64,000 nt of DNA, taken from positions 375,286,001 through 375,350,000 of the forward strand of contig NC_091286.1 in the NCBI RefSeq assembly GCF_032444005.1, read 5' to 3'. A program made the translations under genes and the position numbers. The notes beneath the pieces are model-generated. The model worked only from the letters and a program-made list of their open reading frames with translations. It did not search any database and had not been told where the DNA came from. Each line of letters begins with the position of its first letter. Positions within the stretch are counted from its first letter, which is position 1. Of this stretch, positions 23,780-35,630 are shown one piece after another. The DNA is from Ranitomeya imitator. Taxonomy: Eukaryota.

Positions 23780-26700
23780 ATGGAAGACGTGGTGAAAGCC
23801 TTAGTACAGTCCACTGCCGTACAGCAGCAGGCCACTGCCGCACAGCACGAAGCTAATCGCTTGATGGCCGCACAGCTGAAAGAGATAGTCGACATGACGG
23901 TTGCAGACCTCCAACTTCTCCAACAGGTGGCGCAGCGTCTGGTGAGCATGCCTGATGTGGACCCGGAAGCAGAGTCCAGAAGGATCCATGTGAGTCGATA
24001 CTGGCAAAAGCTGACTGCAGAAGATGACGTCGAGGCCTACCTGACAACGTTTGAGCGGACGGCATTGAGAGAGAAGTGGCCGAAGGCACGATGGGCCGAT
24101 TTGATTGCCCCGTTTCTCTCCGGCGAGGCCCAAAAAGCTTACCATGATTTGGACCCGGAGGTCGCTCAGGACTTTGAGAAACTGAAAGCTGAGATCCTGG
24201 CCCGGCTGGGTGTGACGACGGCTGTCCGGGCACAGAGGGTACATCAGTGGACATACCAGCAAGATAAACCGGCGCGGTCTCAGATGTTCGACCTGATCTA
24301 CCTGACAAAGAAATGGCTGCAACCCGAGGTACTGACAATACCCGAAATAATCCAGCGGGTTGTCCTGGACAAGTACCTGAGAGTACAACCACCAGCGCTG
24401 AAAAGGTGGGTAAGCCAAGGAAATCCCACGACAGCGGATCAACTTGTGGAGTTGGTCGAGCGTTATTCCGTGGCAGAAGGACTTCCCGACGACACCGCCA
24501 GCCCCCGGTCTGTGCCTCCTCCTCGTGGAACCGGTAAGACTGTTCCAGGGACCACGGGTGAAGGAAAATCGCTTAAAACTGTGGGGGAGGAGTCCGGGAC
24601 TGCTCGCATTCCGAGACCAAGAGTATTGGACGGTGGTCTCAGTAGGGGACCTGTTAGGTGTTTCCGCTGCCATGAGAAGGGTCATGTTTCTGCGAACTGT
24701 CCTGTTACCGCTGAACCCATGCAGTGCGACGTTATAGACTCTAGAAAACGCATGTCTTTGGTTACACAGCTAGTGAGTGTGAATGCGGGTCAAAATGATA
24801 CAGCGAAACACCTGTGTGAATTATCTGTTGATGGGAAAAATGTTGTGGCATTACTAGACTCTGGAAGTGTGGTGACTCTTGTGAAAGCTAGTCTGGTGGC
24901 ACTTCCGTCTGGTCCGTCTGACAAGTTTTCTGTGACGTGTGTGCATGGTGACACTCGCTCGTACTTAACAGCGGTCATATGGATTTCTACTCCCTATGGG
25001 TCAGTGCAGCACAAAGTGGGACTCGTTCCCGCATTGTTACAGGATGTAATCCTGGGCGGGGATTTTCCCTATTTCTGGCAGTTGTGGGAGAATCAGTTGC
25101 TCCTTCACGGTAGCTGTACCCGTGAATCTTCTCCCATGCCAACGGGAGGTCCCGAGTCCCTAGAGGAGACCCCACAGGAAGATGTTGCTGGGGAGGTTAG
25201 TGAATCTAACCTTCAGTACCCCTTCTCCGTCATGGCGGGGGAAACGGAGGAAACTGAGGAACCTCAGCGAGAGGCGGAGGCGGACAGCCATCCGGCACCC
25301 TGCCTGCCAGATTTGGGAGTCCAGGTGGAGGACTTCCACAGCGAGCAAATGAAAGATCCTACCCTGACTCCGGCTAGGAAAAATGTAAAAATGATAGATG
25401 GGGTACCCGTAGAACCTGACACACGGCTAGCGTACCCGTATATGGTTCTTGAAAATGATTTGCTCTACCAGGTAGAAAAAAAAGGGGAAGACACAGTGCA
25501 ACGGTTAGTGGTACCCAAACCTTATCGGCGGAAGGTACTGGATTTGGCCCACGGACATATCATGGGGGGACATCTGGGGGTGCAGAAAACCACAGAAAGG
25601 ATATTGCATTGTTTTGTGTGGCCTGGAATACATTATGATGTGCGTAACTATTGTGAGACCTGTCCAGAGTGCCAAATCGCGGCCCCTAAATCTCAGTTCC
25701 GTAGCCCTTTGGTACCCCTTCCTATCATCGGGGTCCCTTTTGAGAGAATTGGGATGGATTTGGTTGGGCCCCTTCCCCGATCCGCACGTGGGCACCAACA
25801 TATCCTCGTCATCGTGGACTATGCCACTCGTTACCCGGAAGCCATCCCTTTGCGTAACACAGCTACCAAGACGATCGCCAATTAATTGGTACAAGTGTTT
25901 AGTCGGGTGGGAATTCCAAAACAGATACTCACCGACCAGGGGACTCCCTTTATGTCGAGGGTAATGAAGGAGCTCTGCAGGCTCTTACAAATAGACCCGT
26001 TGCGTACGTCTATCTATCACCCTCAAACAGATGGCCTGGTTGAGCGCTTCAACAAAACCTTAAAACAGATGCTCCGGAAGGCGATAGACAAAGATGGGAA
26101 GAACTGGGATTACTTATTACCCTATTTGCTGTTTGCCATTAGGGAAGTTCCCCAGTCTTCCACAGGGTTTTCGCCTTTCGAACTGTTGTACGCCCGTCGT
26201 CCCCGGGGACTGCTGGACGTCGCAAAGGAAACCTGGGAAGGTCAAGTCACTCCCTTTAAAACGGTGATCGACCATGTAACACAAATGCAGGATCGTATTG
26301 CCGCTGTCATGCCCATTGTTAGGGACCATATGTTACAGGCCCAGGGAGCCCAGAGGCAAAGTTATGATAGAGGCGCTAAGGTCCGTACATTAGCACCCGG
26401 CGATAGGGTGTTGGTCCTAATCCCTACGGTGGATAGTAAATTCCTGGCGAAATGGCAGGGCCCATTTGAGGTCCGAGAAAGAGTTGGTGAAGTGAACTAT
26501 AAAGTGTACCAGCCGGGTAAGAGAAAACCGGAACAGATTTATCATGTGAATCTGATAAAATCCTGGAAAGACCGCTCTGCCCTAACGGCGGATCTGCCCC
26601 GTCCGGTTTGTTCACCTACCGTACCGGAGGTGCAGGTTGCCGAGACTCTCTCAGAACGACAAAAATCTGAGGTCAAGCAATTTTTGTTGCAGAACCGACA

Positions 26701-28078
26701 GTTTTTCTCCGAAAAACCTGGCCGGACTAAGTTGGTGAAACATGAGATTGTCACAGAGCCTGACGTCACTGTTCATGTGAAGCCCTACCGGATTCCGGAA
26801 GCCCGCCGTGAAGCCGTCTCCCGGGAAGTGATGGCAATGTTGGACTTAGGAGTCATTGAGGAGTCGCACAGCGCCTGGTCCAGTCCAATTGTGTTGATAC
26901 CTAAACCGGATGGCTCCATCCGGTTTTGTAATGACTTTAGGAAACTGAATGCAGTTTCTAAATTTGAGGCGTACCCTATGCCCCGGGTTGATGAGTTGAT
27001 CGACCGGCTTGGTAAAGCCTGATACATTACGACCCTGGATTTAACAAAGGGGTACTGGCAGATTCCTCTGGCCGAGGTGGCCAGAGAGAAGACGGCATTT
27101 GCTACACCGGAAGGTCTGTTCCAGTATGTCTACATGCCGTTTGGACTTCACGGAGCTCCCGCAATGTTCCAGAGATTGATGGATCGAGTCTTGAGGCCTC
27201 ACAGACAGTACGCTTCTGCCTACCTGGATGACATCGTAATTTACAGCATGGACTGGGAAACTCATCTCCAGAAGGTACAAGCGGTGATTGATGACCTGCG
27301 AGATGCAGGTTTAACGGCAAACCCCAAGAAATTCCACATCGGGCTTGAAGAAGCCCGATACTTGGGCTACGTGATTGGCAGAGGAGTGGTTAAACCCCAG
27401 ATCGACAAAATACAGGCAATTCAGGGCTGGCCACAACCAGTGAACAAAAAACAAGTACAAACTTTCCTGGGGATTGCCGGCTATTATCGCCGGTTCATAC
27501 CCAATTTTGCAGCCATGGCTACTCCCTTGACGGATCTTACCAAGGGGAAGGGTTCCGTCATGGTAAAATGGACCTCAGCTGCTGAAGAGGCCTTCCACAG
27601 CCTGAAACGGGCTTTGTGCTCTCAGCCCGTTCTAGTGACTCCTGATTTCAGCAGCGAGTTTGTGGTACAAACTGATGCCTCTGATACTGGGGTCGGAGCT
27701 GTACTTTCCCAGGTGAGGGACGGAGTCGAACACCCGGTCCTCTACCTCAGTCGGAAACTGAATGTACATGAGCAGAGGTATGCGGTGGTTGAAAAAGAGT
27801 GCCTAGCCATTAAATGGGCTCTCAACTCCCTCAAGTATTACCTGGCCGGTAGGAAGTTTAGGCTGGTCACAGACCATGCCCCTCTCAAGTGGATGCACCT
27901 CCACAAAGACCGTAATAGTCGGGTAACCCGGTGGTTCCTTGCCCTGCAGGCTTACTCTTTTACGGTGGAGCACCGACCTGGGGTGCAGATGGGGAACGCC
28001 GATGCCCTGTCCCGAGTACACTGTTTCAAGAGTGTTCTTGCTCGACCGGAGTGGTCTGAGCAAGGGGGGGATATGTAA
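23780..28078 (+). pseudogene. Gmr1-like gag-pol (SCAN-like capsid, CCHC, PR, IN, RT, RH) with two in-frame stops
   Basis: Three track ORFs share one frame; stops at 25883-25885 (TAA) and 27020-27022 (TGA); LLDSGS, GHLG/GMDLVGP integrase precede YLDDIVIY RT. Confidence 0.93.
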
Positions 28079-30076
28079 GACTCATGCTGGTGTGGTAGTT
28101 GGAGGCAGGTATATCTCACCCAGGTGTTTGTCCTATGTGAATTAGGCCACTCAGTATCTTCAGGGTGCTAATGAGTTAATAAGTGCAGGAATAAAAGATG
28201 ACCAGCTGGGGCTTTCCAGCGTCAGCCTGGGGCACACAGATTGCCTGTCTTTGTGAGACAAACGTGAGTGAAGAGCTGTGCTCAAGATATGTGTGATGTT
28301 AGCTGGGTGGGAGAAGCCCCCCAGTTGTTGAGATAGCAATGTATTTGTTTAGTTAGTGCCGGACAGGCTAGGATTTATTTTTATGTTTTGTTTTGTTCAT
28401 GTTGCTTTCACGTTAATAAATCTGACCTGAGGTCAGCCTGCTCAGAAACCTGCTGTACGCCTCAGATTCAATGCACAAACCACGTGACCTTTGACCCCAG
28501 CAAAGGCGATCCCAGAGTGTTTTGTCACAGTATGGAGTATTTTTTTTTTCATTCAACATATTAGCCGGATGATGGGACTACTACTGTCCCATCATTGGCT
28601 AATGTGTCAATCACTGTCAGTGTAGCAGGCAGACTTGTAGTCCCATCGGACGATGCCTGCACACACGCACAGAGCCCCAGCACGCCGCGTAGACCTCGCA
28701 TGCTGCATAGAGCCCGGGCAGCGCACATACAGCCCCGGCACACCGCATAGAGCCCGGGCAGCCCACATAGATCCCCGGTATGCTGCATAGAGCCCGGGCA
28801 GCCCACATACAGCCCCGACACACCACATAGAGCCCGGGCAGACCGCATAGATCCCTGGCATGCCACATAGAGCCATGGCAGGCTCGCATAGAGCCCCACT
28901 AGGCCCGCACAGAGCCCCGGTAGGCACGTACAGATCCCTTGTAGGCCCGCACAGACCCCACCCGCACACAGACACTCACAGTGTCCGCCCATGCACCGCC
29001 CACACTCTTCCCCTTCCGGAACAGCATATAGAAGGACAGAAAGGGCTTATTTACGTTCCGATATTTGTGTCCCTTTGACTTGCATTGGTATCAGGTATCG
29101 GTATCGGTGATATCCAATATTTTTGGGATATCAGCCGATACAATCCAATACCGATACTTCTGGGTATCTGAAGGTATCGCTCAAAACTTGAGGCTACATA
29201 TTCAGCACCTCATAAAGGATACCAAAACCAAGAGGTCCAAAGAAAGATCTGGTCTCCGTTATACAAGTCATACCTTTCTCCTTTATACTTCATAAATCAC
29301 ATCACTTTCTAGGAACCCTTATTTCTATTCTGTCTCCTCTATCCTCAAGCCATCAACTTTTTTTTAATAGAGTTAAGAAAAATTATTTGAACTGTTCTGG
29401 TCTGGCATCTAGTCTGGTGCTCCACGGCAGCAAGCATCCTTGTCCCAGGATCCTATGTGCCTCTGGCATTTCAGAATCTATTAAAATCCACAGGCACACA
29501 GGGTGCAAGGCCAAGGATGTTGGCTCAGAATTTAAGACTACGACAAACCTATAAAGGCACCATGGCATTGATTCATTAATTGGAGTGCATAATGAATTAG
29601 GTGCATCTTATTCCTGTATTTCTTATCCCTCATTATGACTGATGCAATGCCAGTGTCTCTGCATCCCATTCCCCGGCAGTGACACCAAGGCTCTCACCTC
29701 CGCAGCCCTGCACCTCCTGCTCTGCATCCTGCCATGTTCCCAGTGCCTCTGCTCGATTCCCCAGCAGAAGCACTGACATACTCACCACTGCCATCCTGCT
29801 CATCATGCTTATTCTCCTGCAGCTGCCTGGGGTCTGAACACTGCTCGCAGAACCCTGACGCAGTGCTTAGAGTGTGCCTTGTCCTAAAGTGTCCCCAGCC
29901 AATGGCTGGGGAGCTCTTATTATTTAAGGCACCTCCATCAGGTGGGAGGTGCCTGTGCAATGTTGTAAGTGTGTTTCTAACTTCTTTATCAGTTCTCAGG
30001 TCCTAGCACTCATATTTCTGAATACCAGCCTGTCTATTAGCCATGCCCACAAGCCTGTCTTCCAATCATGCCCATT

Positions 30077-30112
30077 CTACGCATTTCAGGGGTCTCATGC
30101 CCCCTTCATCAG
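30077..30112 (-). ncRNA. Minimal hammerhead ribozyme core
   Basis: CTGATGA-agggggcatgagacccct-GAAA-tgc-GTA on the minus strand. Confidence 0.6.
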
Positions 30113-30396
30113 GATATGAAGGGGGCATGAGACCCCTGAAACGCGTAGAATAAAACCACTGTGAATCAACTATACTCTCCTGAAATTCATCTTAGCGGCA
30201 GCGCAGAACTTTAACTACAAATCTCCCTTTGAAGACATTATTTTCTCTGGTCGGTGAAGACCTGTGGATCTGCAGCAGCCGCTATCTATATGCTCTAATC
30301 TCATCCTAACCAGGTGAGCAAATTTGGTGTATATTTTCCTCTGTGTAACGTGGAAAAGACCCTATTGCGCTCTTTGCCTCCCCATTGTTTTGCAAT
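30077..30396 (+). mobile_element. Short PLE pLTR-derived insertion with fold-back hammerhead motif
   Basis: 13-bp TSD aatcatgcccatt (30064-30076, 30397-30409); palindrome at about 30076-30150. Confidence 0.7.
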
Positions 30397-30699
30397 AATC
30401 ATGCCCATTAGCATGTCTTCCAGCCATGATAAGCCAACTTGTCTTCCAGATGTGCCTGCCAGCCTGACTGGCGTAGCACCTGGACTACCTCCCTTGTTTC
30501 TCCTCGGATCTCAGTGTCGTACACTGCTGCATATCCATGGTCAGATTGGGTGAGGCTCCTCATTTCACCGATCCAGGCTATCCTTGGGCTCAGGTACAGT
30601 GGTTGTACTACCCAGCCCATTACAACTGATGTATCAAATGCCAGTCTTAATGAAGGATAATAAATGCAGGGATAATATGCACATAATTAATTTACAGAC

Positions 30700-31319
30700 T
30701 GTCATGGTTGTGGACAGGGTTCCTTCCCTGTACTTTCAGGGTTAATTTTGTATAGCCTCCTTTTGGTTTGGGGAGGGCTATATTTACCCACCTTCATCTG
30801 GAAATCCTGGTCAGTGATGCATCTGTCTTGGCTGTGTGTCTGACCCCTTGGTGTGCTTGCAAACTGCTGTTCTTTTGCTTTCCTGTGTATAACTCTGTCT
30901 GTTCTCTCATTCTGTGCTTTGCCTTGTGACTCTGTGCTAATTGTCTGTTTCTGGCACTGACCTTCGGCTTGATACTTTAACTTCCCTCCTTTCTCCCCCG
31001 TTTGTACTGCACTGCTATCTTTGACTCCCTGACCTATTTGCTACCTCCCAACTATGCTTATGTCTCATCCTTTTGGCACTACATTGACCTCCTGGCTTGA
31101 CTTTGGCACATTTAGACGACTCTCCGGCTCCACTGGTCTCTGCCAACACTCAGCATCTGGCTCCGCCTCCGTCCACTGCCCCGGAGGTCACGTGTTTCAG
31201 GTCCTGGGCTGGTCCTCTGGCAGGTAAGCTCACCTCAGCACTCCTTATTCTCTCTCTCTCTGTCTTTCTGTAACACGTGCTCAGACTCCTGCTGTAAGTC
31301 TGCAGCAGGGCTCTTGACA
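30700..31319. mobile_element. Probable solo LTR
   Basis: TGTCATGG...CTTGACA; flanks cagac / gagac (near-TSD); pyrimidine-rich body. Confidence 0.55.
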
Positions 31320-32911
31320 GAGACCCTTGCCACTTAAATAATTCTGTACTTCTTATTAGTGATGTGTGCCTCTGTATTCCTTGCCAGAAATGTTATGCCA
31401 ATCAGGTACTGGAGTAACATTTCTGGTGTAAGAAACCACACCCCTGTTGAAAATTTTGACAGGCAGGCATAGCCAAGACATGTTACGCCCAAACTCCTCC
31501 ACCATTTTGGCAAAACTGCTTGAAGTTGAAGTGAAAACACCAAAAGTCACAACATTTCTAGTATTGTGTTCTCTGTGACTTGTAGACCCATCAATACTGG
31601 GGGACATAGAGCTAACTGCTGTGTGACACTGCCAGTTATATTCTTACCTGGTTTGTGTAACGTGCCTTGTTACTCTTTCATTTTGAGCCTGTTGCCTCTG
31701 ATAGACATAACAAATTTATTTTTGTCTTCTGCCATAACCACTTCACCCCCCCCCCATAATTTTTCATGCAGTACTATTGTTATTTGTCCCTTTGACCTTT
31801 TGAATGTCAGCAAAATAAAGTTTTCATTCTTAATTCAGTTGGGATACAATTCCATTAGTAAAAAAAATGGAAGTAATCCAGTTTATAATGTTGCCACCTA
31901 AAATGATTCTAATTTAAGAGAATTGGGGATAATGATCTAAAGAATAATTCTATCCTTGTATTTTTTAACACAATTATTCCCCTCTCCTCAGAACTGACAA
32001 AGAAATGCTTGCTACACATCCAAAAGAAACAACAGCTGCAACAGGCTGCAGTATGTCATAATGTAAAATATGACTAATAAAGCAGGTGTTGGAAAAAACA
32101 GTAGATTTTGACATGCACAATGCATGATGTAGATGTCTGCACTTATATAGAACCAAAGAGATTATTTTCCAAATCATGAAAATACCCACAAGAAAGAGTA
32201 ATGAGGGCACAAAATAGAAAAAATAATTAAATATAAAGTTTATCAATAAATAATTAAACAAAATAACAACATTTACGGAAGTGCCTGTGCGCTCCTTCTG
32301 CTCCTCCTTTGGCATCCTATTTTTATCTCATCTCAGGTTATATATGGCAGCTTACTTTTTGGGCATGCTTTATTCCGAAGGAACAGTGCGTCCGAAACGC
32401 GCGTTGGGGTGCCCCTGATTGTCCTGGCTACCCACAGTGGTTTATATACAAATTGATCAAAGTAAGTGTTTTCCTACTTTTACCTACCCTCCCTGCATTT
32501 GCACTTTGTTAGCAGCACTTCAGTTTCTCATGCAAGACATTGCAATTATATTTGCCATTTTATATGCACATCGCGGCACTTTAGGCACACTGCGGGACTT
32601 TCTTTATATTAATTCCCTATTCAATTCAGTTTTTTCTCACATATATATATTTTTATATATTTTTTATATATATTTTTTAGTGTTTGCAGTAGGTAGTAGG
32701 TTTTAGTAGTGACCTTGTGGAGATCCAAACTATATCAGCCAGTTGGATAGGGGCACGTAGCAATAATTGGTTACATATATATTGGATTTATCTATTTTAC
32801 TTTGTAATTTTATGTGTGGAATTTAATAAAATAATATTTTATTTGATTATATTCTTGTCTTGATTGATTTTTGGATCTTTCTACCATGTGAAGAGCTTGA
32901 TCTTTTACTAA

Positions 32912-33170
32912 TGCTTTATTCCATGTGGAAAAAAGGGAATCCAGCTCCAAGAGATAAAATCACTTAACTTTAATAGTATTCATTTAAAATAGAAATAGGC
33001 TGTAGGACATAAAAAAAACAGATATACCGGAAGGAGAGTGCCTGTATAAACTGTACGCGTTTCAAACACACAAGTGCTCTTTGTCTCAGTTAGCTCTGGC
33101 CAGGCATAGCATCAATTTATACAAAGACATAGCAGTTGTGGAAAGAAACAAAACAAAATAAAAAAAAACA
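32912..33170 (-). mobile_element. Inverted partial pLTR of PLE family A
   Basis: Reverse complement of about 33360-33612. Confidence 0.75.
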
Positions 33171-33194
33171 GATAATAATAAAAACATTTTGAAT

Positions 33195-35265
33195 ATATTT
33201 GTTAAAAACACGTGTTTCCTCAGGTTTAAATCTTAAAAAAGAAGTCATGTTGCATTATTGACTGTTCTTTATTTGTTTCATCAACATTAGCTTGACAATT
33301 CCAGCTTTTAACATTTTCATTTGTTTTATATATTTGTTGAAGGTGGGGGTGTGTGCTTTTTTTGTTTCGTTTTGTTTGTTTGTTTTTTTCTTTCCACACT
33401 TGCTATGTCTTTGCATAAATTGATGCTATGCCTGGGCAGAGCTAACTGACACTAAGAGCACTTGTGTGTTCGAAACACGTACAGTTTATACAGGCACTCT
33501 CCTTTCGGTATATCCGGTTTCTGTATGTCTTACAGCCTATTTCTATTTTAAATGAATACTATTAAAGTTAAGTGATTTTATCTCTTGGAGCTGGATTCCC
33601 TTTTTTCCACATGTGCGTCTCTAGGCGTCTGGCAGAGACGCGAATCCGTGCTCAAGATTTCGGCATTTGCTTCTGCCTTTTCTTGATCCCCTTTTATCAT
33701 GAACTTTTATCATGAATGTTGCATTATGGCTGTCGCATGGACTTGCATTAATTTAGGCTGACATACTGTCATTGAAAAACAAGGAGAGTGCCTGTTTCAT
33801 TTATTGATTTCATTTTTTTTATGTTGCCTTACTTTGTCTATTTTCCCCTTTTTTTATTTTCTATTTTTTTTTTCTTACTATGGATTCCTTCATTGATCTT
33901 TCCAGAAATGAACGTGCGGTGCAAGTGTTTCATACTGCAGGGAAAGGTGCAGATACTCCCCCAGCCTTGCTACAAACCATACATGAAGTGAAAAAACTTT
34001 CTCTTAATGAAACACGCATCTGGTGGGATCAAACCACACTGGAAAATTTCTTGCTCAGAATATGATCCCCAGAGAATTGAGAATAAAGAAAATACCGACA
34101 ACAGTTTATAACACTGATTTGGTGGTGGAATGGAATTCTATTCTGACTAATTGTTCAACTCAGCTCATGCAATTAATTATTAAATATGAGAGCTATGAAC
34201 TGTCCAATATTCAGACAGATTTGACTAAAAACTTATTGTTTCTCAAGTCTAAAATGATTGTGGACAATTTTTAGATTTTCCAGAAAAAATTAAAATCTAA
34301 AATACAGTCAAAAATTTCTCATTTAATAGAAAAATATTTAGAATTGAGAGTCCTCAGTGGTTGATACCTTTTAATTGCTAACTGAAAAGATGGTAACACA
34401 TTGCAAGCTTTCGAGACTACACAGGTCTCGAAAGCTTGCAATTTGTTACCATCTTTTCAGTTAGCCATTAAAAGGTATCAACCACTGAGGACTCTCAATT
34501 CTAAATATTTTTCTATCCACTGGCTAACACGGTACCAAGATATATTTCTTTCCTGTATCATTTAATAGAGACATTTTTGATTATACTAATGATCAAGTCT
34601 ATGAATGGGGCAGATGGGAGAAACAACTTGCTACACCCTGAGTCTATATAGAAAAAAACACTCGTTCTCCTTATGGCAATCAAGTCATCACATTTTCTTC
34701 TTCAGATCCTGAATCCTCAGATGTGTCAGTGGATTCATCAAGAGACACTAGGGGGATGCTCCTCCACAAGCTAAGACTAATAAATCTCAAACTAACTATT
34801 AGCGCAAACCATGTAGAAGCAACAATTTCTCAAAAAACGCACAAGGAGAGGCGGAAGAAAACATTGCAACTGCATCAATGTTTTTCAGTAGTTGACTGGG
34901 GAGTGTCAAAAAGACTCCTCAATGGATGTTATTAATTTATCCTCTATAATTTTGTCTGATGTTGAAATTAAACTTCTTTCGAAAGGACTCAATTTTGTTC
35001 CCACTAACTGAAACTTGGATGTTTTTTCTACTCTAAAAGATATAAATACGTTTGTAAAAAAGTACTGTAAAAAAACATTTTTTTTGGAGGACAAAACCAA
35101 TAAGCTAACATCTTCAGCTGTTATTAATGAATTCAGAGGGAAGAATTTCTTGGAACAGAACACTCTCTTTTGTCTCCTAGATCTTGACACTTTGAATAAT
35201 TCACTAAACGATACTAATATTGTTTCTGGATTTAAAAGTAGGAATCCTCCTTTTTATCCAATTCA
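33195..35265 (+). mobile_element. PLE family A: 5' pLTR and decayed ORF N-terminus
   Basis: pLTR 33195-33660 directly repeated at about 47005-47473; ORF pieces MDSFIDL...RIWWDQTTLENFL and EWNSILTNCS. Confidence 0.75.
34331..34558 (+). mobile_element. 228-bp PLE-like insertion with hairpin 5' end
   Basis: 11-bp TSD catttaataga (34320-34330, 34559-34569); palindrome about 34331-34512; empty site in the paralogous copy near 42550. Confidence 0.8.
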
Positions 35266-35630
35266 AACCATGCTGTGGAGTAGTTGGAGGCATGTGATAT
35301 AGCATTGTCCTGCATGAAAATCATGCTTTTCTTGATCGATACCGACTTCTTCTTGTATCACTGCTTGAAGATGTTGTCTTCCAGAAACTGGCAGTAGGTC
35401 TGGGAGTTGAGCTTCACTCCATCTTCAACCCGAAAAGGTCCCACAGGTTCATCTTTGATGATACCAGCCCATACCAGTACCCCACCTCCACCTTGCTGGC
35501 CTCTGAGTCAGAGTGGAGCTCTCTGCCCTTTACTGATCCAGCCTCTGGCCCATCCATCTGGCCCATCAAGAGTCACTCTCATTTCATCAGTCCATAAAAC
35601 CTTTGAAAAGTCAGTCTTAAGATATTTCTT
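35266..35630 (-). mobile_element. Tc1 transposase fragment (3' side of the split)
   Basis: Reverse complement of 39228 to about 39590. Confidence 0.85.

Larger units (their letters stand above)
23282..28529 (+). mobile_element. Full-length Gmr1-like Ty3/Gypsy LTR retrotransposon
   Basis: 456-bp LTRs 23282-23737 and 28074-28529 (4 mismatches seen), 4-bp TSD GTAT, PPT aagggggggata. Confidence 0.95.
17696..29189. mobile_element. Giant palindromic non-autonomous hAT element with nested insertions
   Basis: Termini tagtgttaagc / gctcaaaactt, exact 8-bp TSD GAGGCTAC (17688-17695, 29190-29197); internal arms are mutual reverse complements. Confidence 0.85.

Noticed and set aside
31334-31607. Two minus-strand ORFs with a membrane-protein-like look
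   Set aside because: Short, and no family motif could be matched (taste and vomeronasal receptor patterns considered and not supported)
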